DNA from: Chrysomallon squamiferum
Taxonomy: Eukaryota; Animalia; Mollusca
NCBI GenBank assembly: GCA_012295275.1
Contig: CM022677.1
Location: 13,082,001 to 13,146,000 of the forward strand
Length of the DNA stretch: 64,000 bases
Reading direction: 5' to 3'
The position numbers and the translations under genes are program-made. The notes beneath the pieces are model-generated. The model was not told the DNA's origin. It did no database searches and was given only the letters and a program-made list of their open reading frames with translations. Shown piece by piece: positions 9,549-20,329 of this stretch (position 1 is the first letter of the stretch; each line of letters starts with the position of its first letter).

Positions 9549-12500
9549 TGTTCAGTTTTTTTCTCTTTTCCAGTGGCAGCAGTACAAACTTTATCCTCAA
9601 AGCTATACAGCATCTTCTACTGAAACAACTTCACTAGCCAACATCAGCGCATCAATTATGTGCATTCTGAAAAAAAACACAAAAGATAATAAAATAATAA
9701 AAATAATAAAACTGTTATAAATAAATAACTAATGTTTCTGTTATTATTAAAATTAAAATTTTACTGTTATCAGTTACTGGGTTATTCAGACCACAAAGGG
9801 GTGTGGGATATTTTTGATATACTTTGTACAATCATTATAATGATAATAATGATAATTGTATTAATTTAATTAATTAACAAAACAATAGCAAATAAATGAT
9901 TATTACTATGGGTCATTCCGTGTCAAATCACCCAATGGTTTAAACCCGACCGTCTCAGATTTTTATGAAACTTAGTATACTTGTTGACTGGGATCCCACA
10001 GCACCAAATCTGAAATATTAGCCCAATGAGACCAGTGGTGTGGGAGATACGGCCCACGGAATTTTGAGATTTTTGCCAAAAATGGGTGTGACCACCAACC
10101 TTAGAACCCTCATATCTCAGGAACTACTGGGCCAATCTTCATAAAATTGGTATTGTTAGAAAGGCAAAATGACAAGGATTCCAAATCTGCCATTTTTGTT
10201 TAGTTTGGAAAATATTGGAGTACCTTGACCTTTTGACCTTTGCTATGACCTTGAAATTGACCATGTGGATCACGTGATCTTGAGATGACCTTTATTGAAA
10301 TTTAATCTCCCTCATGTTAACTAAAACATATAAAAGTTTCCTGGGTGTAATATTTTTTGTTTAGCCACAATATAGATTTAAAAAATGCACATCATGAAAA
10401 TAACACATTTTCAGCCATTAACATCTGATTGACTAAAACCTGAATGATCAATTCTGGATGCTAGGAATCACCATCTCTCTTGATCATTGAGTGAGACATT
10501 GTAGACCTACATGTATGCATAAAGTTCACATATAAAAGTTTCCTGGGTATAATATTTTTTGTTTAGCCATAATAGAGATTTAAAAAAATGCATACCTGCA
10601 TGGATGATTGATACAATGCATTACAATGTACATTTTCTCTGAGACTAAAAACTCATCTTTGGAGTTAAAACCCACCTGACATGTCTGAAGGAATGCCTGA
10701 AGGATATGAAAAGATGCCAAATGGCATGGCATGTTCTACACAATCAGGCTCAAAGGGTTAACAGGCAGGTCAGGAACTCCTTTAGATTCCCTGGTGCAAT
10801 CCCCATTGAGCACATTGCAATTAGAAGTTTAAGACAAAGAAGTTTCTTCATCTGCATTTCTTTGACAATCTGAAGCTTTTTAAGTTGGACACAATGTCAG
10901 ATGTTGATATATAAACAATATTTTTATTTCATAAAACCTATTAAGTAATTTTATCATGTCATGTGGGCCTTGCCATTGGTTTTGAACAAGGTTTCAGTCA
11001 ACAACAGTACAACCCAGTCTGAAATCAGACGTCATCAAGTGATGTACTGCATAATGTATTTGTACACCCAGTCTTCGGCACAGACTATGAACAAGGTCTA
11101 CTTCACCTTAATAAACTGTGATTTATACTTGAGAAGATTGACATAAATGCCCAAGACTTGTGGGCCTTTGGCAAAAACACATGTACTCTGCTGCCATTTT
11201 ATGACCTGCTTAACTTTACTGAAAGGGTTTCAGGATTTGATTTAATATTTAGGAAAGCACTGACTTTGTTCTATTGAATTGAAGGTGCAGGCCAATACCG
11301 AAAATCCTTATTTCTTCCAGGGCTAACTGCAGCTTTAACTCTCCTGAAAATGTGTGTTATCAACACCATCATATCAAAAAGGAGTTGTTGCGAAGTGTAT
11401 GGAAAACTGAGGAAATCGAACTCCTCACTCTTTGAAGTGGGATCAAAACACTGGACATCAAGAGTATCATGAACAAGAACTTTTCATCAAATTTTCAACA
11501 TTGCAGAAAAACTGTTGTGATCCCCTTAATCGCCACCCTGAGCAAGCACGCACTAGATCATTAAGAATTGTTAGCATGGGCACTTACAGATGCTTAGTAA
11601 ATCCTCCAAAGACACTAGTGCCAGGAGACAAGTGGTGCTGTGACTGTCTGATTACCCTTCAGAAATCAAAGGTCCTGCAGAGGATGGCTTTAGTATGGGT
11701 GGTATTACAATGGGAGAATTTGGTGATAACTTGCCAGACAAACCGCTGGTTGTTGTTTCCCCAGAAAAGGACTTTGATTTGAATTCTATTCTGTTGAGTT
11801 TAGGCGAAACTCCTGTCAAACTCCATTCACTAGCACATTCCAGTAAATGAATGAGAAGGACAGAAAAAAACTAGCATCAGCTACAGTAACATTAAAATGA
11901 CATCTTAATGTCTGAATCCTACCCAGGGCATGTACAAATCTTGATTTTGTCACCCTTTACCATTGAAAGGACAATGAATTGAAGGAGGAAATTATCCAAT
12001 TTTATGAAAGTGATGAGAACAGTAGAATGTGTCTGGGAATGAAGGATACAGTGAGCATTTGAAACAAACATAGTGAGAAGGTTAAGCATCAGAAACACCT
12101 AGTTCTCTCAAATTTATGTGAACTTTATGCATACATGTAGGCCTACAATGTCTTACTTGATGATCAAGAAAGATGGTGATCCCTAGCATCCAGAATTGAC
12201 CATTCAGGTTTTAGTCAATCAGATGTTAATGGCTGAAAACGTGTTATTTTCATGTATGTGCATTTTTTAAATCTATATTGTGGCTAAACAAAAAATATTA
12301 CACCCAGGAAACTTTTATATGTTTTAGTTAACATGTGGGAGATTAAATTTCAATAAAGGTCATCTAAAGATCACGTGATCCACACGGTCAATTTCAAGGT
12401 CATAGCAAAGGTCAAAAGGTCAAGGTACTCCAATATTTTCCAAACTAAACAAAAATGGCAGATTTGGAATCCTTGTCATTTTGCCTTTCTAACAATACCA

Positions 12501-13116
12501 ATTTTATGAAGATTGGCCCAGTAGTTCCTGAGATATGAGGGTTCTAAGGTTGGTGGTCACACCTATTTTTGGCAAAAATCTCAAAAGTCGGTGGGCCGTA
12601 TCTCCCACACCACTGGTCTGATTGGGCTAACATTTCAGATTTGGTGCTGTGCGATCCCAGTCAACAAGTATACCAAGTTTTATAAAAATCTGAGACGGTC
12701 GGGTTTAAATTTCTTTTTTTTTTGGGTGATTTGACACGGAATGACCCCTATGCTATTTTACAATCAGTAAAGAGTTGTTACTGTAAAATGTATTTCATTT
12801 TCTCTAAGAAATAAAAATAAGATAAAAAACTTACAACTTTGAATTGTGCAGTCTGCAGTTTCTGTACTGCTGATTCATCCTTCTCCATAATGTAAATTCC
12901 CTTTCTAGACAGCAACTGAACAATACAGCAATTACATGTATAAAAGATTTATCATTAATTGGTAAACAAAGATTTTAGGAATTCCAACATGAACAAGACA
13001 CATTTTTAAATTTGTTTAATCAATCTACATTTGTCTGATAAATTCATTTTTGTTTGCTTATGATCACTCATCCAATATGTCTCTCACACACACAAACACT
13101 CACATACAAATGCATG

Positions 13117-13157
<41 letters not shown>

Positions 13158-13562
13158 ATTAAAACACTGTTGAGAGGTTTCTGAAAACATTCTAACACAG
13201 GCCTGACATTACTTGACACAAGACTGTTCACATTATCACTAGTCTCTTGTATCCCTTCTTACCAGCATCAGCTTCTTTTCACAAGAATGCAGAATCCAAT
13301 GGCTCTCTGCCCTTTTCTTCTTGTTCCTGTCCATGCTGAATGTAAATCATCGATATATCCATACTATAGTATTCCAGCAGCACTTGCACTCTACAGTGTG
13401 GTTCTGGTCAATGATTGTGTAGCTGGATGAGAAATTTACAAAATATTTCACTCACATCTGATTTTTCATAGAAACATTCTTTAAATTCATTTGGAATATT
13501 TTCTCCTTATACTTTCTGCAATATCCATGCCAATGATCATTTTAATTTGTCCTGGCAAACAT
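9549..13562 (-). pseudogene. CAMSAP: CAMSAP/Patronin N-terminal fragment, copy 1 (exons about 13562-13232, 12935-12835, 9666-9549), interrupted by Sola2
   Basis: QDKLK*SLAWILQKV*GENIPNEFKECFYEK...PEPHCRV matches CAMSAP AKxxAxLxWxxxKAYGxDNIPEDLRDPFY...ELYCRV. The next exons give SIVQLLSRKGIYIMEKDESA and NAH..IDALMLASEVVSVEDAV, matching GHQSVIQALSRKGIYVME and SAHMAMVDALMMAYTVEMISIEKVV. Stops and deletions are present. Confidence 0.8.
9910..12747 (+). mobile_element. Sola2 DNA transposon, internally deleted and non-autonomous, with about 620-bp TIRs and a 4-bp TSD (CTAT)
   Basis: Termini GGGTCATTCCGTGTCAAATCACCCA and TGGGTGATTTGACACGGAATGACCC. CTAT at 9906-9909 and 12748-12751. Inverted arms about 9910-10532 and 12115-12747. 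Internal remnants CCDPLNRH...LVPGDKWCCDC and IIQFYESDENSRMCLGMKDTVSI*...KVKHQKHLVLSNLCELYA resemble Sola2 transposase. GRG termini, long TIRs and a 4-bp TSD fit Sola2. Confidence 0.85.
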
Positions 13563-14033
13563 CTAAAATAAATAAATATTAGTAATGAAAAAGCAAATGA
13601 ATAATAATAATAAAGACCTTATACATTCATAGGTTTATACTGTATGATTTGAACATGTTGTAATACATATAGGTTTGATGAAGCAATTAATGTCAACCAG
13701 GTACATTATCAGTAGACACAGATGTAAATAGTTTTGGATGCTGTAGTGTTAGTCATATTATCTGCATAAGACACCTACTTCAAAAAATAATCATTTTAGT
13801 AATGTTTTGTGCATGAAGATTGTGTAGTGTATTAATGTCTTTTGTGATTATGATTACAAATTATCTGTGTGTGTGTGTGTGTGTGTGTTAAATATTATTA
13901 TAACAAGTAATTGCATTAATATTTTACAGTGTCTATATATGAAATAACCTGGTCATATTTTTCTTAAATATTTATTCATCTTTATTATCTAAATCAGTAT
14001 ATTTTCTTTTAATAGTTTGGTTAGTATATTAAA

Positions 14034-14078
<45 letters not shown>

Positions 14079-14294
14079 AATAAATAAATAAAAATTGTTT
14101 GTGAGTTGACACATAGTTGTTGTGTGGTGTTTACTTTGGTGTGTGCTACACATGTCAATTTATTTTAAAACAAATTTAATTACTGGCCACACGAAATTTT
14201 CTCCTGATACATCATACAGTGATTGGTAAAACAAAATTAAGACTAAACAGTTAGTTAAAAAAAAAAAAAAAAAAAAAAAAAAACGATAATAAAA

Positions 14295-14410
14295 TAAATA
14301 AAATAAATAATAAATAAATAAATATTATTCCAGAATAAAAAATAAATAATAAATAAATAAATATTATTCCAGAATAAAAAATAAATAATAAATAAATAAA
14401 TATTATTCTC
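14295..14410. repeat. About 39-bp AT-rich tandem repeat, 3 copies
   Basis: aaataaataataaataaataaatattattccagaataaa repeated. Confidence 0.75.
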
Positions 14411-14413
14411 GAA

Positions 14414-14810
14414 TAAGATGGCTGCCATCAGGTGGATGTGACGTTTCAGTTATACTTAAATAAAATAAAAAAATCCAAACTCATTAACAACTATAATAAT
14501 AAACAGTACTACCTGTCTGCGTCACAGAATGAAATACTTTAAGCAACTTTTTTGTTGCATGATAATGCGATTACACCAATTCTGTAGAAGATTCTTCAAA
14601 TCCCGACAATCATCCCGCATTTTCCCGAAAATACAATGCTAAAAAAAAAGAAAGAAAAATAATTCAAAACAAATAAATAAAATAAAGGAACATAACAACC
14701 TTTCTTAAAATATACTCGATGTGTTTCTTTTTTTTTTATTATTGTTATTTGTTGCTTTTTATTAGCCAATCACTGACGTAAACTTCAAATAAACGGTGTT
14801 GTTATTTCCC
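14414..14810 (-). promoter_or_regulatory. Putative promoter and 5' exon region heading module 1 (CCAAT box, CRE half-site, YY1-like motif; exon 14638-14513)
   Basis: tagccaatcactgacgt near 14763, aagatggctgccat at 14415, locally CpG-rich, and an AG/GT-bounded minus-strand exon. Conserved in the paralogous copy at 35157-35600. Confidence 0.4.
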
Positions 14811-14921
14811 CCCCTGCTTTTCTTTCTTCTTCTTTTTTATTTATTTATATTTATGAAGGATATATTTCATCTTTTCAGGTGTCTTCTCCTGGTGTACTGA
14901 AATGTTAACTAAAAACGTGAA

Positions 14922-14960
<39 letters not shown>

Positions 14961-15597
14961 ATAAAAACATGTGAACGTAAATACAACAAACAGGAAAGTA
15001 AAAAAGATATGTACTTAAGAGAAAAAAGAGTGTGGCTGACTATACTGATTTCCACTGCCTATATTAATGTTAAGAAAATTGTTAGATTTGATTAGTAAAA
15101 TAGAAAAACGTAGAAACCTCTACCAAACAAAAGAAAGAAAAAGTAACCAAAAATAAATAAAACACACTCTACGTTCACACACAGGTACCTGCATTGTCAC
15201 GAGAGATAGTAGGAATTAGTCTCACTTTCACTTTTATTGTTTTCAATATTTCCTAATTTTCGTTGCTTGTAAACCAATGAAATTATTTTGATAACAAAAA
15301 CTATTAAAATAAGCTATGGTTTTCGTCAAAATGATTGCGTTTTTCAGCCATTGTTCTCAATGTAAAAATGACGAAACAATTTTCATCTAAAGATTTCCAT
15401 TGACGTATAAAGATCGGCGGGAAATATAAATATGTCGACTAGACATATCTGAGATTTATCTTGGAGAAAGATCAAACCCAACGTTAGGCCTATAATTCCC
15501 ACATTTCTAACTACCGTCAGTGTTTTGCACGCACACGCACAGTCATATACAAATTCTATTTTAAGCAAGATTTATGTATGTATATATATATATATAT

Positions 15598-15640
<43 letters not shown>

Positions 15641-18600
15641 TAGAATGATCATAATATCTGTATGTCAAATCTTAATGTGAAAACGTAGTACAATAATTCT
15701 TCTTGTATAATTCTTCAAATAGTATATTATTTGATTTAAGATACAACTGTAGCTGTTATGTATGAAGCTTTACAAGACAGCTTAGAAATTTAATAGATCT
15801 GTAATTATCCGCATTATTTTGAATCAACCTTAGAAAAAAGAATGGGAATTAGTGAATGCAAAATGGGCTATAGACTTTTTTTATCTGTAAATAAACGAAT
15901 GATGTATTGAATGTTCTGTTACAGTGTCCCCCTTTGCAAAAGTGCAATTTTATTTTTATTATATATATATACTAGTGATAATATAGGCAATATAGATGAA
16001 CATTATTAATTAGATAATGTGTTTATTTATCATTATTATTATTATTAGTATTATTATTACTACTACTACTACGACTACTATTATTATATTAATTATTAAA
16101 ATAAATCATGTAGACTGTCTAAAACATTTTTATGAGGATGCTAATGATCTACCTTTTAGTTTTTATTTTGTCTTGGAAGTGAACACATTCCAGTATTTCT
16201 TATATTTAATGTATTTATTTTTAAAGCAGGAAAATTTGTAATTCGCATGCTATAACATGAACAGAAGTTTAAATGTTTAACAACAAATGTAAAGAAAGCT
16301 AACAAAGGGTTGTCGATGGAAAACTGGTGAGTTAATTTTACTTGAATTATTTCAGTAGCTGTTTTCATTTGTCACCAGTAATCTATGTTTAATTACAACA
16401 GGAAGGCCTACGTTGTTCAAGGCCACCGAGAGACGTCCTGTCCGTCTCTACAATAATCTCTTACATCTACAAATCGTGCTGGGGATGAGTATTGAAATTA
16501 CTTCTTAATTATTATTATTTGTATAATAATTATCATCATGTAAATCATATTTATTTTTAATTTCGCTGAATTTACCCATCGATAACAAAATAAGACGCAA
16601 GTTTTATAACGTCTGTATTATTTATATGAGAAATTAAAATTACATTAATTAGAGATTATCAGTTATATTATTGAATAAACATGGAATTTCATTCTAGATT
16701 AACTCAGTGTTTTAAAAAAATAATATGATATATTCTTAATTACATAATTTGATAAATTTGAATTTTATATTAATCATGTACTTTCATGTAGGGAGAGATG
16801 TAAATTGTGTCGCGGAATGTCATGTTACTGCGGTCATAAAACAAAGTATCATATTCTGACACTGAAAGGTGCACAGTTCATTTTCAGTAACATCAATACA
16901 ATAATAAATACAGTATTCATGTAGCAATTCACGCGTTTCTGTATAGTCTTATAAGGACATTAATTTTTTGAGGAAAAAATATAATATTAATATTAATAGT
17001 CGTTTATAATAAAATATTTCCTTTTTCTGAGGCCTAGAACTGTTTTTGATCAGAGGACTGGTAAATTCATAATAAACAACAACAAAATCCGGTCGATCTG
17101 TTTTGTCATATAAACGGCCGTAATGTTAGCTGAAGGCGTTTTTCAGGTTTCTGAATAAAGACCAAACATTAAATCTAAAACCAAGGGTTTATTTTAATGT
17201 TATCACCGAAAAATATAGGAGGAAAATGTATGTACGCAATCTGTGTATGTAGGTGTATAGGTGTATGTGTGTGTGTCTGTGTGGGTCCATATGTATCTGT
17301 CTGTATAAAAATGTTAAATTATCCTAATTTATTTTGTGAATATGAATGTGTACGAAAAATGCCTTTTGAAAACTGCGAATATTAGTTGAAATGTACGCAA
17401 ACTAATAAAAACATGTTCCTTATATCAATTCAGGTCTTTTGTTTTATGATTTAGGCGATAAGTGAGTTAAGAGAATTTACATTATCCTCACTTGAAGAAA
17501 TCACAGTTGTTTTCACTCGAGTGTTTACAATAATCATTTTCTATGAAAAAGGATAGATTTTCAGAGATAGGTTTGATGCTGAAGTGTGCGCTTGTTTAAC
17601 CAACACAGCATGTTTTTCTGAGACCGAGTTCAAGATTAATAAAATGTAATGAAAATTATAAACAACATTCACAAATTTCTTCATTGGAATATTTAGATTA
17701 CTGTTACAAAAATGTGTTCAAATGTGAACAATTATATTTATTTTAATAAATATCAACATTATTAATTATAACAACAAGTGTAAGTTAAATAGATATTTCT
17801 CTGTACAGAAGACAGCAGGTACAGATCTAGCGTGTGGTGTGTTAACATATTTGTGTGATGAGAAAATACCCCAAATGTTCTCTTGCTCCTCTACCACATA
17901 ACACTTTTTTTTTCTAACACACACTACCTGAAATAAAAAATAAACAGTTACGAAGTAAAATTTCTCAAACAGATTGTCATAGAATTTTATAGTATTTTTA
18001 AAGATTGAGTAAGAGACAGACAACGATGAAGGCCGAGAAAGATACAATGAGATAGAGAAAAAAAATAAGGAAGATGATCAAAGAGAAAGAAATAAAAAAG
18101 TTTAGTCAACAGAAGACCGCAAAGCGGGATCGCATTATTAAAATTTTTTTTTCTTTTTTTTAATATTTTTTTTACTACATTAGTTTTCTGAGTAAAGACC
18201 AAACTTTAATTTTAAAAGCAAGGGTTCATCTTAATATTATCGCCGAAAAGAATAGGAGGAAAATGTCAAAAAATAAATAGATGAGTATTTTAAAGATGTT
18301 CTTTGATTCAAATGGAAATTTTTATATTTAATCATTTCAATATTGAAAACAGCGAGAAAGATATAATGAGAGAGAGAGAAAAAAAAAATAAGGAAGATGA
18401 TCAAAGAGAAATAAATAAAAGTGAAACCGAAAAGGTACAAAAAACCAACAACATTATGTCTTTTTCCTGAGACTGTGTACAAACTGATAAAGTTCCTCAC
18501 TTATTACAATCAATCATTAATCATTCTGCTGTGGTAATACAAAAAACAATCTTTTATAATATATTTTTAAAGAAAGGCTCAACTTTCGTTGTTGTTTTTT

Positions 18601-19021
18601 TGACCTGCCACATCCAAAATATTACTTCCTTTCCTGTCAGAGTATGAAGACGTTCATTAAAAAATAAAAATAATAAAAATTAATATTAAGAAATTAAAAT
18701 AAAATGAAATCCGAGTGAAATATTCGATAAAAGAACACACACACAAACACACATGCACTTGCACACATTTTGTGTTATGGTTAATCTTTAAACTAACAGG
18801 CCTCAGCTTATATTCAGAATTAATTATGAATTACTACACTGTTTAACCAATATTTTAACTAGCACTATTTCCAGAAAATATTTAAAATGTGCTTAGACTA
18901 TATTTTATTTTACTGAATATCAGCTAAACACAATTGTTAGCAAAGATTATAATAATAAAATACACTTTAATATCATAAAAGTATCACTATTTTATTTTAT
19001 TTTATTTTATTTTATTTTAAT

Positions 19022-19060
<39 letters not shown>

Positions 19061-19072
19061 GCTTGGGTTTTG

Positions 19073-19641
19073 TGACGTCAGTTATGGGCTGTGAAGACAG
19101 TGTTATTGACGTTCCTACACAAAATAGCTGAAAATTTCGTAAACGAACGTTCGTAAAGGAAACTCGTATTCTTATAATCTTTTAAAGTCACTTCATCTGC
19201 TGAAACTGATAATTTAATAAGGTAAGAGTTTCTTCACCATGTAAGAAATATCAGATTCTTGTAGCCCTATTCTTGGAGTATCAAGCGTTCATGCAACAGT
19301 GCTAGAACAGTTTTGGAAAATTCACTAATCGTAACCAGTCATACGACAAACGTCAGCCATTTTTTTTCTTTTTTCTGTTCCGTATAATTACAATATCAAT
19401 CCAAGGTTGACTGAGTAGAGATCGGATACATAACTGATCAATCCTTATCACTTACTAGATGTAAATCTTCTAATTGTTTGAAACACAATAGTAATTAATT
19501 GATCAAGGAAAGAATATTGTCAGTGTTTGATTAGACAATAAATAATAATTTTGTTCAGTTCGAGATGAATGTTATTCACTTTGTTAGTAACTACACATTC
19601 TTGTCATCTTTAATTTTACTTACAGACAAAAATAATAATAA

Positions 19642-19687
<46 letters not shown>

Positions 19688-20274
19688 GAAAATAAACTAG
19701 GCAGTTGCTGTTTTAGTTATTATCAGCTGCATTTTACAGTATTTTATTTTTTCCAGAACCTTCATCTATCAACTTCTTTTTTTCAGCTGTTCTGTCATGG
19801 TGTCAGTAGCAGTGATGTGAGTACTTTTCTTAATTTGTCTTTTGAATGAGAAAGATTTGGGGCAGTTAATTATTTTAATTATAATCTTTCTTTGTTTTTC
19901 AGTATTTTTTATTGAAATTCTCTTAACTCCAGGTTTACATTTGAACTTTTGTATAAAATCGGGATACAATTTCACACAAAAAACAGAATATTAAAAATAG
20001 TTTTTACACATGCTAGAATTAATACACATTTCTAATTGTAACTGAAAAATAAATCAGAATTACATGACAAATAATGTTTTTAAAAATGAAAAAGAAACAA
20101 TCTTTTAATTGGTAATTATAACAAATGTGTGTAGTTAAGTAAGTTTAATTAATGTGTTTCACATACAAGTGTTTCAGAGTACTACTGGTGATGTAGATGA
20201 GAACATTCTTCATGAAGCCTGTCTCCATTACCAGATTGGCAGCCATGTTCCATTTTGATTCAGAAAAAAGGCAG
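19073..20274 (+). other. Possible spliced non-coding or decayed transcription unit (exon ends at 19221; exons 19757-19816, 20178-20274)
   Basis: Perfect CRE TGACGTCA at 19073, CpG-rich first segment, donor aag|gtaag at 19221/19222, and pyrimidine-rich acceptors at 19756 and 20177. No recognisable protein. The first-exon end is duplicated at about 21311-21357. Confidence 0.3.
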
Positions 20275-20294
20275 GTGATAAATATATATTTAAA

Positions 20295-20329
<35 letters not shown>

